A DNA stretch of 64,000 nt from an uncultured Thermoplasmata archaeon (GTDB taxonomy: Archaea; Thermoplasmatota; Thermoplasmata; UBA10834), in assembly GCA_963719945.1 (NCBI GenBank), contig CAVRDX010000004.1:160001-224000 (forward strand), given 5' to 3'. Each line of letters begins with the position of its first letter. Positions within the stretch are counted from its first letter, which is position 1. Positions 30,354 to 41,193 of this stretch are shown piece by piece. Made by a program: the position numbers and the translations under genes. The notes beneath the pieces were generated by a model, which was given only the letters and a program-made list of their open reading frames with translations, searched no databases and was not told where the DNA came from.

Positions 30354-31094
30354 ATGGGCGAAGGTATCCTCGAACTTCTGCGTACAGCGAAGAGAGTGAG
30401 TGTTCTCACCGGAGCGGGCGTTTCAGCGGAGAGTGGAATACCGACTTTCAGGGGTGCCGATGGCATCTGGGAGAAGTATGACTATAGAAAACTGGCGACT
30501 CCTGCGGGATTCGCCGAGGATCCAGAATTGGTGTGGGAATGGTACCAGCTTCGCCAGCGCGAGATAATGAAAGCGCATCCAAACCGCGCGCATGAGACGA
30601 TCTCGCTGATGGAACGATACTACTCCGAATTCACCCTGATCACTCAGAACATAGATGGTCTTCATCATCGTGCGGGGAATTCAACTGTCTTGGAGCTCCA
30701 TGGCAACATATGGCGGATGAGGTGTGATCGCGATCATACCATCATGGACCTCTCGGAGCCTCTGGATCATATCCCGCCTCTCTGTCAATGCGGCAACATA
30801 CTCCGACCGGATGTGGTATGGTTCGGCGAACAGTTGCCGACAGATGTCCTGGATGCCGCATCGAGGGCCGCATCCGAATGTGAAGTCATTTTCGTCGTGG
30901 GAACATCAGCTATGGTCTACCCGGCCGCAGCGCTTCCGATACTCACCAAGAATTCGGGAGGGTGCGTGATCGAGGTTAATCTTGAACCGACAGACGTGAC
31001 TACCTACGCGGACACGTCGTTACGCGGGCGCGCGGGTGATGTCTTGCCAGAAATCTGGACAGCGGTCACAAACCCCGAAAGCTTTATCAAATGA
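30354..31094 (+). CDS. cobB: Sirtuin NAD-dependent deacylase (class III, YxxR)
   Basis: TGAGVSAESGIPTFRG, WYQLR, TQNIDGLH, ELHG, RPDVVWFGE, VGTS; TTG 30318 is an alternative start. Confidence 0.93.
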   Translation: MGEGILELLRTAKRVSVLTGAGVSAESGIPTFRGADGIWEKYDYRKLATPAGFAEDPELVWEWYQLRQREIMKAHPNRAHETISLMERYYSEFTLITQNIDGLHHRAGNSTVLELHGNIWRMRCDRDHTIMDLSEPLDHIPPLCQCGNILRPDVVWFGEQLPTDVLDAASRAASECEVIFVVGTSAMVYPAAALPILTKNSGGCVIEVNLEPTDVTTYADTSLRGRAGDVLPEIWTAVTNPESFIK

Positions 31095-31125
31095 CAGCCC
31101 ATTATACCGCATTGGTGAGCACCAG

Positions 31126-31359
31126 ATGGCTGTGGGTTTTATACTGATAAGCACCGCGCCAGCAAAGGAGCACGAGGTTTACAACGAACTACTGAAGGTC
31201 AAGGAAGTGGTCGAGCTGCACCCTCTCTTCGGAGAGTACGACCTGATTGCCAAGATCGAGGCCGAGGATTTCAACCTGCTAGGGCAGGTTGTGGTCGATA
31301 AGGTCCGTTCGATCCCTGGCGTCATAGACACCAAGACCCTGACAGGTATTAAGTTCTGA
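31126..31359 (+). CDS. Stand-alone Lrp/AsnC ligand-binding (RAM) domain protein
   Basis: GFILI, LFGEYDLIAK, IPGV.DTKT. Confidence 0.9.
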   Translation: MAVGFILISTAPAKEHEVYNELLKVKEVVELHPLFGEYDLIAKIEAEDFNLLGQVVVDKVRSIPGVIDTKTLTGIKF

Positions 31360-31389
31360 ACTTCGATGCGGAATTCAAAGGTGAGCTAG

Positions 31390-31693
31390 ATGGAAAATGT
31401 ACTACTCGAGTTCTTGACGGTACTCATAATGATATTCAGCCTATTCATGCTGCTAGCGGGCGTGTTCACAGCATACTTCGGTAGCGGTAAGAGCAGGATC
31501 ATCGGTGTGGTGCTCCTCGTCATAGGTCTGATCGTCGGAGTATTGTGGGCGGTCATGTGCATCGACTCAATCGCAGTGATAGCCTGTCAACCTCAGCAGG
31601 GTCCTCGGGGACGCATTCTTGTATATCCTCGCGGCGTTGATTGGAGCCCTTGCAGCGGTTGGAGTGTTCCTTCTCGCGATAATGAAGTCGTAA
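31390..31693 (+). pseudogene. Small 3-TM membrane protein with a frameshift near 31582
   Basis: First two TM helices in one frame; third helix VNLSRVLGDAFLYILAALIGALAAVGVFLLAIMKS* in the +1 frame (31586-31693). Confidence 0.7.
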
Positions 31694-31734
31694 GAACGCA
31701 AACCTTTTTCTACAAACCATTCTTCTACCTTTTG

Positions 31735-32199
31735 ATGAGTGTCCAGATAGTTCTTGGTAGCAAGAGCGATATGAAAGTGGCCGAAAAGGCGGTCTCAGTC
31801 CTCAAGGAACTGGGAATACCCTATCGGATCGCTGTGGCCAGCGCGCACAGGACTCCAGAGCTGGTGGACCAGCTCGTGAACGAAGCAGATGCGGAAGTGT
31901 TTATCGCGATCGCGGGTCTGTCCGCGGCGCTGCCAGGTGTCATCGCATCGAAGACGGTGAGGCCAGTCATAGGCGTCCCCGTCAGCGGGGCGATCAACCT
32001 CGATGCCATACTCTCCGTCGTTCAGATGCCTCCAGGCATACCAGTGGCCGGTGTCGGTCTGGATAGGGGAGAGAACGCCGCATTGCTGGCAGCATCCATA
32101 CTCGCGCTGAAGGACGACAGGATTTTGACCGCGTTGAAGGCGTATCGTCAGAAGCTCAAGGACAAGGTCATCCAGGATTCCAAGGAAGTTGAGATCTAG
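31735..32199 (+). CDS. purE: AIR carboxylase / N5-CAIR mutase PurE
   Basis: GSKSD, VASAHRTP, AGLSAALPG, PVIGVP, VQMPPG.PVA. Confidence 0.95.
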   Translation: MSVQIVLGSKSDMKVAEKAVSVLKELGIPYRIAVASAHRTPELVDQLVNEADAEVFIAIAGLSAALPGVIASKTVRPVIGVPVSGAINLDAILSVVQMPPGIPVAGVGLDRGENAALLAASILALKDDRILTALKAYRQKLKDKVIQDSKEVEI

Positions 32200-33147
32200 A
32201 TGTTCGACTCACAGAAGTTCATCGATCAGCAGATCGCCAAATTGAAAGAGGAAGTGAAAGGCACAGCGATAATCGCAGCCTCCGGTGGAGTGGACAGCAC
32301 GGTATGTGCAGGCATCGTCGGCAAGGCGATTGGCGACAGGCTGCTCGCAGTCTATGTCGACACCGGGTTCATGCGCAAGGGTGAGAACGATTCGGTCGAC
32401 AAGATGCTCTCCCGCCTGGGTGTCAATCACATCATCGTGGATGCCAGTGACGAGTTCTATGAGGCGTTGAAAGGCGTCACGGACCCAGAGCGGAAGAGGA
32501 AGATCATCGGTGAGAAGTTCATACGTGTCTTCGAGCGCGAGGCGAAGAAGTTCGACGCGGAGTACCTCGTGCAGGGAACAATCGCACCTGACTGGATCGA
32601 GAGCGGTGGCGGTCTCAGGGACACCATCAAGTCTCATCATAATGTGGGTGGTCTCCCAGTCGATATGAACCTGAAATTGGTGGAGCCGCTCAGGGACCTC
32701 TACAAGGACGAGGTCAGGAAGGTCGCACGCGCACTCAAGATCGAGGTCGCGGAGAAGCAGCCTTTCCCGGGTCCAGCACTGGCGATAAGGGTTCTCGGCG
32801 AACCTACGCGCGAGTCCGTGGAGATCGTGCGCGAGGCATGCGCCATCACCGAGGAGGAGATCGAGAAAGCTGCGGCCGCTGGCAAGATGAAGTTGCCATG
32901 GCAGTACTTCGCGGTCCTCCTCCCGATCAGGAGTGTCGGAGTCCAGGGCGACATACGAGCATATGGGTACACGATAGCCGTACGCGCTGTGGATTCCGTG
33001 GATGCCATGTCTGCCGTCTACTGCAAGATACCGCACGAAGTCCTCGAGACGATATCCACCAGGATATCGAACAAGATGAAGGATAAGGTCAACAGGGTCG
33101 TCTATGATATAACGGACAAGCCACCAGGCACAATTGAATGGGAGTGA
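32200..33147 (+). CDS. guaAB: GMP synthase subunit B (ATP pyrophosphatase)
   Basis: [39 protein letters not shown]. Confidence 0.96.
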   Translation: MFDSQKFIDQQIAKLKEEVKGTAIIAASGGVDSTVCAGIVGKAIGDRLLAVYVDTGFMRKGENDSVDKMLSRLGVNHIIVDASDEFYEALKGVTDPERKRKIIGEKFIRVFEREAKKFDAEYLVQGTIAPDWIESGGGLRDTIKSHHNVGGLPVDMNLKLVEPLRDLYKDEVRKVARALKIEVAEKQPFPGPALAIRVLGEPTRESVEIVREACAITEEEIEKAAAAGKMKLPWQYFAVLLPIRSVGVQGDIRAYGYTIAVRAVDSVDAMSAVYCKIPHEVLETISTRISNKMKDKVNRVVYDITDKPPGTIEWE

Positions 33148-33297
33148 TTGTCCCAAAAGAGGTCGGCAAGTCCAGTACCCTCCCCTTCGTTCTTTAAATA
33201 CTCTTCATGATCCTTCTACAGCACTGGCTGCGGCCTAGTGAGCACATTCTCTCGTTCCTCAGCAGAGGCTATATATCCACTCCATGTTCCCTCCTTC

Positions 33298-33873
33298 ATG
33301 CGCATATTGGTCGTTGATAATGGCGGTCAATGGACACACCGGGAGTGGAGGGTGCTCAGGGATCTGGGCACAGAGTGCGAGATTATACCGAACACGACCC
33401 CGGTCGAGAACATCAATGCAGACGGCTTGGTCCTATCTGGTGGATCGCCTCGCGTCGGCCTGAATCAGGAGAGCATGGGGAAGTGCGGGGATTACATAGA
33501 GAAGGCAGGCATACCCGTGCTCGGAATATGCGCTGGTCATCAATTCATGGCGTGGTTCCTTGGAGGCAAGGCTGGACCATCCAAGGTCCCTGAGTTCGGC
33601 AAGACCATGGTCTCCATAGATGACGAGGACGACCTATTCAAGGGACTGCCCGACACCTTGGTCGCATGGGAGTCTCACAACGATGAGGTGACGGAACTTC
33701 CTCCTGACTTCATCGCGCTCGCTCACTCGGACAATTGCCAGATCCAGGCCATGAGGCACAAGACGAAGCCGCTGTTCGGCGTGCAGTTCCACCCCGAAGT
33801 GGAGCACACAGACAACGGATACGACATCTTCCAGGCTTTCGTGGATGTCTGTCAGGCACACAAGAAGGATTGA
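33298..33873 (+). CDS. guaAA: GMP synthase subunit A (glutamine amidotransferase)
   Basis: DNGGQWTHR, GICAGHQ, SHNDEV, QFHPEV. Confidence 0.95.
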   Translation: MRILVVDNGGQWTHREWRVLRDLGTECEIIPNTTPVENINADGLVLSGGSPRVGLNQESMGKCGDYIEKAGIPVLGICAGHQFMAWFLGGKAGPSKVPEFGKTMVSIDDEDDLFKGLPDTLVAWESHNDEVTELPPDFIALAHSDNCQIQAMRHKTKPLFGVQFHPEVEHTDNGYDIFQAFVDVCQAHKKD

Positions 33874-33876
33874 GCG

Positions 33877-34101
33877 ATGGATGAAGAGGCTCTCGATATT
33901 TTGAAGGAAGCCATCGAAACGAAGTTGAGGAGCGAATCGGTCGATCGTTCGATCGGTCGCACCGTCCGCAGGCGAGGCCTCGATTTTTCCGTATATATCG
34001 GAATGATGAGCGATATCAGAGACTTTGCAGGGTCCAGAAAACTCTCTCTGGATGACGCCGCCGAAACCTTACTGGAAGAAGAATATCAGGGTCGCGAGTA
34101 G
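33877..34101 (+). CDS. Hypothetical protein
   Basis: ATG 3 nt after the guaAA stop; helical 74-aa ORF. Confidence 0.65.
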   Translation: MDEEALDILKEAIETKLRSESVDRSIGRTVRRRGLDFSVYIGMMSDIRDFAGSRKLSLDDAAETLLEEEYQGRE

Positions 34102-34476
34102 GCAGCAGACTGCCAGGATCAAACCGATCAAGAACATCGCGAATGCCGTCTTTTTGTCAGATCCGAAGGCGATCGGAACTGGACCGATCATGACGACCCC
34201 TCCAAACTTCGTCTCCGCTGGGCGCGACGCGTTTTCCTCAACAGGATAGACACCTGGCTGCATGGTCTCCATCTGACTCCTTACCATCACGAAGAATCCA
34301 GTCATGAAGCTCATCACTATCAGCGCGGTTCCCAGCATGAACAGGCCACTGGAACCGGAGAATACCGGGAATATAAGGACGAGCGAGACCTCTCCTTCCC
34401 CAGACGCCACGGCTATGCCAATGACCACCAATCCCGTGACGAACATGAGCACAGGAATCATAATGCTCGTTCGCAT
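34069..34476 (-). CDS. DUF131 (TIGR00304) membrane protein
   Basis: GGVVMIGPVPIAFGSD signature. Confidence 0.85.
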   Translation of the reverse strand: MRTSIMIPVLMFVTGLVVIGIAVASGEGEVSLVLIFPVFSGSSGLFMLGTALIVMSFMTGFFVMVRSQMETMQPGVYPVEENASRPAETKFGGVVMIGPVPIAFGSDKKTAFAMFLIGLILAVCCLLATLIFFFQ

Positions 34477-34596
34477 CGTCGCTCCCTCGTCATTCTCTGG
34501 ATGGTCAAAGGTCCGCCCTGGACTATTTAACTTGCGTGAAGCCAGTCACGCAGAAGCCTTTTATTGACCCCTTGCGTTCCGGATTCGGGAACAGCA

Positions 34597-35544
34597 GTGG
34601 TCACACTAAGGGATCATCTCGTTGACATACTCAAATCGAAGGATTTCTCGGTCAGCGAGAAAGACGGATATCTCTACGGTTCGAGGGATGATATCTCGGT
34701 CGTGGTCCTCGCCGCCAGTGACATGTTGATGGAGGATGTCGAGGATTTCATCAATAATGTCTCAGATTTCCACGGTCGTAAGATAGTTGCATCTTTGTCG
34801 AAAGCGGATGACGGCGTTCAGGGATTCCTGCAGAAGAGAGGGGTCCATTATTGGGGGCGCGAGGAGCTCGAGCACGAGATAGGCAACCTGCAGCTCCAGA
34901 CAGTCAGTGGCGGTATCGGCAAGAGTCTCTTGGATGACATAATATCAGACGACTTCCCTCAGAGACTATCGGAACCGCCTGAGCAATCCGTCCCGATCAT
35001 TGTCGAGAGCGCCGGTGACCATGCAGAGCGGATTGTCAAACCGAACTTCATGCTAGAAGATATCAAACATCTGGCTCGACACGAGGTTCAGGGTTACAGG
35101 TTCGACCTGGACCTGGTTCCTCATTATCTGTTTCATTTTGTCCTGAACCTAGATGACGGTAAACAGCGCGCGGGTATCATCGCAGTCAACGCGTTGACGA
35201 GTCAGCTGGAGACCTGGCGTTGGGGCTTCGAACTCGTGGATTCGATCGATATACAGCACACGAAGCGGGAGCCCAAGATCGACCAGGAAATGGCAAATGA
35301 GCTGGCCCGAGAGGCGATTGCGAAGGAGTTCAGGTCGTTCACGGAAACGGTGAAGGATTACGGGCATTCTGAGATAATAGAACGCAAGAAATCCTCTAAG
35401 GACCCGATGATGATAGACCCCAAAGGACTCGTGTATCTTCCGGTCTGGTGCGTCGAAGGCAAGAACGGCGCGATGATCGTGAATTCGTCTAGTGGGAAGA
35501 TCATCAGCGAGCACTTGCACGGTGCGGAAACTAAGCAAGGTTGA
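34597..35544 (+). CDS. Hypothetical protein with a degenerate restriction-endonuclease-like N-terminal domain
   Basis: N-terminal alpha/beta pattern ending GVHYWGREEL; repeated 'LVP/YLP..VN..G' beta motifs. Confidence 0.7.
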   Translation: MVTLRDHLVDILKSKDFSVSEKDGYLYGSRDDISVVVLAASDMLMEDVEDFINNVSDFHGRKIVASLSKADDGVQGFLQKRGVHYWGREELEHEIGNLQLQTVSGGIGKSLLDDIISDDFPQRLSEPPEQSVPIIVESAGDHAERIVKPNFMLEDIKHLARHEVQGYRFDLDLVPHYLFHFVLNLDDGKQRAGIIAVNALTSQLETWRWGFELVDSIDIQHTKREPKIDQEMANELAREAIAKEFRSFTETVKDYGHSEIIERKKSSKDPMMIDPKGLVYLPVWCVEGKNGAMIVNSSSGKIISEHLHGAETKQG

Positions 35545-35995
35545 GCTTTCGGAATCGCTCCATTATGCCGAGCCAGTGGGACCCGCGCCAATACACCTTA
35601 CCGCAACCTCCGCACTTCCAGAACTTGTCGTTGCTCGCAAACGCCCCTTCGGGTACGGAATCCTTCGCCTCCTCCTTGGGGAGGCTGACCAGCTCTCCGT
35701 TGCACTGTGTGCACCTGATGGTATCTTCGCTGAACTTCAAACCGAACTTCTCGCGGACCGCTGTCAATTGCGCCTCGAGATCCTCGGTTTCTATCAGCAT
35801 GGCTCCAGGTTCCTTGGATAGTTCCTTGTCCCTGGTCAGGACGAATCGGTTATCAGCTTTCGCGGCTGCTGCAATCTGTTTATCATCCATCGTCTTGTCG
35901 TAAACTGTATCGTATCCTAACATCCGGAGCCATTTCGCCAGGGATCCAAGCATTTGATCCACAGCGAACATCGGCTTCGGCGCATCTTCGCTCAT
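35531..35995 (-). CDS. Mut7-C (PIN-like) RNase domain protein
   Basis: DQMLGSLAKWLRMLGYDT, LTRD, RCTQCN, C.GCGKVYW.GSH. Confidence 0.9.
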   Translation of the reverse strand: MSEDAPKPMFAVDQMLGSLAKWLRMLGYDTVYDKTMDDKQIAAAAKADNRFVLTRDKELSKEPGAMLIETEDLEAQLTAVREKFGLKFSEDTIRCTQCNGELVSLPKEEAKDSVPEGAFASNDKFWKCGGCGKVYWRGSHWLGIMERFRKLNLA

Positions 35996-36633
35996 TTGAC
36001 CACCTCATATCTCACGAGGACCCCGCTCCCGAGGACCTCTGCCCCCTTCAGTCTGAGCGGCACCATTTCCAATGTCTGAGAAGCGCCATCTCCTCCAGCG
36101 GGAGTCGGCGCCTGCTCACCTCCAATGACCATGCTTCCTATGAATATGTTTACCTCATCGGCTAGCTTACTTCTCAGGAATGACCATATGATGGTGGAGC
36201 CCCCCTCTACGAGCAGCTTCTCGATGCCCATCCTCTCCAGAATCGGAATAAGGCTTTGTATGTCCACTTCGTCTCTTCCGCATCGAATGATCTTTGCGTT
36301 GGGGAATGTCTTGGAGCAATTCTCATTCGTGACGATGATTGTCTCCGCCTTCCCGTCTAGGACCAACGAATCAGACGGCGTTCTCCCGTTGGAATCTAAC
36401 ACGATCCTGATCGGATGTCTGGGGTTCCTGACATACTTCTCCTTCACAGTCAGTTTAGGATCGTCCGAGATGACAGTCTCTACTCCGACGAGTATCGCGT
36501 CCGAGGAATTCCTCAACACGTGCACCCTCTTCTTGTCTTCCTCGTTGGAGATAGGGGTCTGCCTTCTGGTCTTCAATGCTATCTTGCCATCTGCAGACAT
36601 TGCGCAATTTATTGTTATCCGCAAGCGTACCAT
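35992..36633 (-). CDS. arfC: 2,5-diamino-6-ribosylamino-4(3H)-pyrimidinone 5'-phosphate reductase (RibD C-terminal domain)
   Basis: AMSADGKI, DAILVG..TV..DDP.LTV, RIVLDS, LLVEGG. Confidence 0.9.
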   Translation of the reverse strand: MVRLRITINCAMSADGKIALKTRRQTPISNEEDKKRVHVLRNSSDAILVGVETVISDDPKLTVKEKYVRNPRHPIRIVLDSNGRTPSDSLVLDGKAETIIVTNENCSKTFPNAKIIRCGRDEVDIQSLIPILERMGIEKLLVEGGSTIIWSFLRSKLADEVNIFIGSMVIGGEQAPTPAGGDGASQTLEMVPLRLKGAEVLGSGVLVRYEVVK

Positions 36634-36799
36634 CCAGAAGAACCGTTCGCACTGCTAATAACCTTTCGGAGCAGAGAGCCAGTGATCCCGAAGGCTATTC
36701 GTCGGGAAGCCATCAGTCTATCGGGTCAGTGCATGCATGGTTTCTGCCCAAGGCGATATTTCCCAACGCTTATATGCGGACTATCTCATCTGGGCACTG

Positions 36800-37570
36800 A
36801 TGGACGGAGACGATATCAAGATCTACGAGATCATGAAGAAGGACTTGCGAGGCGCAACCATCATAGATGGTTTTCCAAGCGTCGGCTTGGTGAGTTCCAT
36901 ATCTGCGAATTACCTGATCAAGGTGCTGAAGATGGAACATATCGGAATCATGGATTCACCTCAGTTCCCGACAGTCTCCCTGATACGCGACGCGCAACCG
37001 TTGAGCCCCGTCAGGATATATGCTGGCGATAAGGGCCCGCGCGGCGATCAGCTGGTGGCGTTCATCTCCGAGTTCCAGGCTCCCGCGAACCTCGTCCGAC
37101 CGATCTCAAGAGCGCTGGTGAATTGGGCCATCGAGCAACGATGCAAGATGATCGTGTCCCCTGAAGGGCTCGTGGTAGACCCCGAGATCCGGGACAGTGC
37201 GGATATCTCAGATGTCGTGTTTGGGATTGCCAGCACGTTGCGCTCGCGCGAAATGCTGAAAGAGCATGGCATACGCCCGTTCGAAGAAGGAGTCATATCC
37301 GGAGTCGCTGGAGTGCTCCTGAACGAAGGGAGGAAGAGGGATTTCGACGTAGTCACTCTTCTTGCAGAGGCTCATCCAGACTTTCCAGATGCAAAGGCAG
37401 CGGCACTCGTACTCGAAGCGATCGATGATATTCTCCTGGGCATTGATTTCGATGCAAAGCCGCTCTTCGAGGAAGCGCAGAGGATCGAAGCACATATACG
37501 GGAGATACAGAAGCAGGCTGTGGTCAAGAAGAGCGATAAGCCAGCTGCGAGACCGCCCATGTATGGCTAG
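36800..37570 (+). CDS. PAC2-family proteasome assembly chaperone/activator
   Basis: GFPSVGLVSSI, PVRIY, G.ISGVAGVLL, PDAKAAA; C-terminal HbYX (MYG). Confidence 0.9.
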   Translation: MDGDDIKIYEIMKKDLRGATIIDGFPSVGLVSSISANYLIKVLKMEHIGIMDSPQFPTVSLIRDAQPLSPVRIYAGDKGPRGDQLVAFISEFQAPANLVRPISRALVNWAIEQRCKMIVSPEGLVVDPEIRDSADISDVVFGIASTLRSREMLKEHGIRPFEEGVISGVAGVLLNEGRKRDFDVVTLLAEAHPDFPDAKAAALVLEAIDDILLGIDFDAKPLFEEAQRIEAHIREIQKQAVVKKSDKPAARPPMYG

Positions 37571-38583
37571 GCCGTAGCGATCCTGACGAGCCCACCATCC
37601 TCGGAAGTGACGAACCTCCTTCCCAGGAATTTCTCTATGACCCAGATGTTGGTCTTCGCGTGCTCCGTCAATTCCTCAGCCAATACGGTCGACTTCCCCT
37701 CAGCAAGAGCCATGTATGGTAGCAGCTGATCAAGGCAATGCTCATCTACCGTAGCTCCAGAATCGATGGTTTCCATCAGATCGATCGCGCAGGATTCGCC
37801 GATCGTCTCGGCCCGCACACCCTTCTCCCCGAGAGACGATTCCCCTAATATCGAGTGTTCATATCTTGCAGCGAGGACTATCCCTGCACCGGTACTACTG
37901 CCAGAAGTGATCTGCGATTCAACCTTGACTCGATTGAAATTCACGAGGAACTTGAGGGCGGAGTGCTTCATCCTCGTGACCACATGTTCTGGGAGATTCT
38001 GCGCGAAAGCGATTCCAACGATATCCTTCAACTCTCCTCTCGTGCCGAGGTCGACTGCGTGCAAGCCTCCAGATGGGGCGCAGGTGGCAATGATCGTTCC
38101 TCCACCTTCTGGGTAGAACCCTCTCGATTCAACATCGAGCTCGCAGGTGATTCCAATTTTCTCCAGTAGTGGGATATGGACTCGGGTAATGTACTCTATG
38201 GGTGGAGACCATCGGACATCCGTGCCACCTTTGATTTTCATCCTGACGTCAGATTTAGACATGGATGCTGGCAACAGGCATGTTTGAAGGACAAGGGATA
38301 CGCTACCTGCTGTGCCGACATCGAATTCGAAATCCCCTCCGGTCAGCTGACCTGGCTCGAACGCGATCTCCTTCGAACCTACGTATAATCCTTCCACCTC
38401 GGCATCGCAGAGTTCGGCGACTGCTTCTATGCTGGTGAGATGTTGTGGTGATAGACCCGGGCTTGGACGACCCGCTCGGATATTCGAGACATGAACGCTC
38501 TGGTGTAGGACTGAAGCGAGCGAGACGGCCGTCCGCAGAATCTGTCCTCCACCCTCTCCATACGATCCATCGATCTCGATCAT
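37567..38583 (-). CDS. rtcA: RNA 3'-terminal phosphate cyclase
   Basis: IDGSYGEGGGQILR, GGTDV.WSP, RGFYPEGGG, DEH..DQL, HAKTN. Confidence 0.95.
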   Translation of the reverse strand: MIEIDGSYGEGGGQILRTAVSLASVLHQSVHVSNIRAGRPSPGLSPQHLTSIEAVAELCDAEVEGLYVGSKEIAFEPGQLTGGDFEFDVGTAGSVSLVLQTCLLPASMSKSDVRMKIKGGTDVRWSPPIEYITRVHIPLLEKIGITCELDVESRGFYPEGGGTIIATCAPSGGLHAVDLGTRGELKDIVGIAFAQNLPEHVVTRMKHSALKFLVNFNRVKVESQITSGSSTGAGIVLAARYEHSILGESSLGEKGVRAETIGESCAIDLMETIDSGATVDEHCLDQLLPYMALAEGKSTVLAEELTEHAKTNIWVIEKFLGRRFVTSEDGGLVRIATA

Positions 38584-39854
38584 GAGATCTCAGCCTTCTT
38601 CTTCGAGAACCTCTTGACGATCAAGTTCACGAGGAAGAACCAAGTCATCATGACGACTGCCAACCCAATGAGGCCCGCTGCGAAATACAGTAACCACGCA
38701 GGAGCGGTCTCATCCCCGCTAGCCACGATGATTGCAAGGCCCAACCCCTCGGCTATGAATGCACCGAATCCAAGCGCGAAGGAATACAACCCCATCGTTG
38801 CTCCATAGCATGTGTCCTTGGACGAATCGGCCATCAATGCGAGAGCTGCAGGTACGAACGCGCCGACTCCAAGGCCCATGATACCTAAAGGAATCATGCC
38901 GAGCAACTTGAATTCGATCTGCCCATCGACCATTTCATAGGCGTAGTCTGAGAAGAACAACATCATCACGACGATTCCGAATATGCTGAAGACGCCGTAG
39001 GCCATGACGGGTATCCTCCCGATTTTATCGGAAACCCTGCCCCAGAATGGTTGCAGGAGACAGAGCGCGACGCCGGCAGCCGCGAACATTATGCCTATGG
39101 TCGCTCCGGAGACATCCTCACTCAGCATGATTCTCGGTAGGTAGGTGATTGCGAGACCTAGCAGAACAGCTATTATCAACCAGATCGGAAACATCAGCCG
39201 GATCTCACGAATCTTGAAGACGATCTTCAGGCTCTGGAAACCTCCCAAGTGATCGGTCTTCTTTATCGCTCGTTCCTTCTTGACAAGTGATTGTAGAAGA
39301 ATAGCTGAAGAGGCAAGTAGCAGTGCGACGATAATGAATCCTGGAATCGGTCCCGCATAATCGATCATGAATCCGCCGATCACTGCACCGACTATGTATC
39401 CGCTGAAAGTGGCGTAATCAAACCACCCCATCTGTCTACCGCGATCACAACTTTCCGCATGGTCCGCGATCATCGCAATTGCGGGTGCTACTGTGGCAGC
39501 AGCTCCGATCCCGTGGATCCCGTGCAAGGTCGCAAGGTACCAGACGTTGTTCGACAGAGTGTATAGGGTTACTATGATGGCTGCAAGCGCGGTCCCGAGG
39601 ACGATTATCTTCTTGCGTCCAGTCCTATCACTCAAAATGCCGAAGTAGTTGGCAGTCAGCATCTCTGCCAATGGATATGGGACTGCGATGATCGCCACAT
39701 TGAGAAGCGCTTCGTAATCATTCTGGTACGGGACGTAACTCGCGATCAGCAGAAGGAGGGCTCCGAAAGCCGTCCGAAGGAAGAAAGTGGATAGGTAGAG
39801 CACCCTCAGATGCCAGGGCGTTCGTATCCCCTTTCCATTGAATATGCCGAACAT
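38580..39854 (-). CDS. MFS transporter
   Basis: About 12 TM segments; motif A GILSDRTGRK and GRVSDKIGR. Confidence 0.9.
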   Translation of the reverse strand: MFGIFNGKGIRTPWHLRVLYLSTFFLRTAFGALLLLIASYVPYQNDYEALLNVAIIAVPYPLAEMLTANYFGILSDRTGRKKIIVLGTALAAIIVTLYTLSNNVWYLATLHGIHGIGAAATVAPAIAMIADHAESCDRGRQMGWFDYATFSGYIVGAVIGGFMIDYAGPIPGFIIVALLLASSAILLQSLVKKERAIKKTDHLGGFQSLKIVFKIREIRLMFPIWLIIAVLLGLAITYLPRIMLSEDVSGATIGIMFAAAGVALCLLQPFWGRVSDKIGRIPVMAYGVFSIFGIVVMMLFFSDYAYEMVDGQIEFKLLGMIPLGIMGLGVGAFVPAALALMADSSKDTCYGATMGLYSFALGFGAFIAEGLGLAIIVASGDETAPAWLLYFAAGLIGLAVVMMTWFFLVNLIVKRFSKKKAEIS

Positions 39855-39984
39855 CTGAACTGAGGTCAGCTGATGTAATTACTTAACACTTATGCAGAAC
39901 GATTGATGCAATATCCTTGTCGAAAGGGTTACCTCAGAATGGTTTAAGTAAACGCTGGACATAATCCTGCGTCGGGTCCAATAC

Positions 39985-41040
39985 ATGGCGGTCGAGGCAA
40001 TCGGCGTCCTGATACTCATAGCCTCTCTGATCGTGATTCTGATCAGCTGCGAGGTCTTCGTGAATGGCATCGAATGGCTCGGATGTCGGCTTGGACTCGC
40101 GGAGACCGCCACCGGTAGTGTTCTAGCTGCAATCGGAACCGCAATGCCCGAGACGATAATACCGATCATCGCAATCTTCTTTGGAAGTGAGGCGGCCGGC
40201 GAGGAGATCGGCGAAGGTGCGATTCTCGGGGCACCATTCATGCTCGGAACGCTCGCCATGTTCATTGGCGGAGTGACGATATGGTATGCCTGCAGACGAG
40301 GAAAACGTGACCGGTGCCTCGTTCTGAAGAAGGGACATGCAGAGCGAGACCTCAAATTCTTCATGTCGATGTACATGATCGCGCTTCTAACCGGTATCCT
40401 TGGCATGCAGGATTCCTTCGATACTAAATACATCAATTGGTGTGCCGCCGCAGCTCTTCTGCTCGCCTATGTGCTGTATCTTCAGCGCACATTGAAAGAT
40501 GAGGCGGACATGAGCGAATCATCGTGCCCTGCGCTTTACCTGGGGCGCGCAATACGAAAGACCCCTCCCTCCGGAATCGCCGGCATGTCGATGATCCTAT
40601 TTCAGGTCGTGGCTGCACTTCTCGGAATAATCGTTGGCGCCAAATTCTTTGTGGGTGAGGTGGACATGATCTCCGAATCGATAGGAATCTCACCGATAAT
40701 CCTCGCCTTCCTCATTGCACCTATCGCCACAGAATTGCCTGAGAAATTCAATAGCATCATATGGTATTGGCGCGAGAAGGACACGCTCGCCCTTGGGAAC
40801 ATAACTGGCGCCATGGTGTTCCAGAGCAGCATCCCCGTAAGCATCGGCCTTCTCTTCACCAAGTGGTCTCTCGAACCGATCAACATAGCGAGCATGGTCA
40901 TCGCTCTCGTGGCGGCGGGTTGGATATTCTATTCGGTGACGGTCAAGAAGCGCGTGGAGTACAGGACCCTGATCGCATCGGGGTCCCTTTACATTCTGTA
41001 CATCATACTCCTGCTGATGTTTCCCATTCATTCGTCTTAG
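39985..41040 (+). CDS. Na+/Ca2+ exchanger (CaCA family)
   Basis: Alpha repeats GTAMPE and ATELPE...GNITGA. Confidence 0.9.
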   Translation: MAVEAIGVLILIASLIVILISCEVFVNGIEWLGCRLGLAETATGSVLAAIGTAMPETIIPIIAIFFGSEAAGEEIGEGAILGAPFMLGTLAMFIGGVTIWYACRRGKRDRCLVLKKGHAERDLKFFMSMYMIALLTGILGMQDSFDTKYINWCAAAALLLAYVLYLQRTLKDEADMSESSCPALYLGRAIRKTPPSGIAGMSMILFQVVAALLGIIVGAKFFVGEVDMISESIGISPIILAFLIAPIATELPEKFNSIIWYWREKDTLALGNITGAMVFQSSIPVSIGLLFTKWSLEPINIASMVIALVAAGWIFYSVTVKKRVEYRTLIASGSLYILYIILLLMFPIHSS

Positions 41041-41193
41041 TAGCTAGGCTACTAAACGTTTGAACATCTGGCCATTCTGCGTTCCGGATAAGTTATAAGT
41101 ACGCACCAGGCATATCCACGCCCGGATGGGATGCAGACCGATTCACTATGAGTTAGTTGGCATCTTCTTCTCAAGACGAGAAGGGAAGACGGG

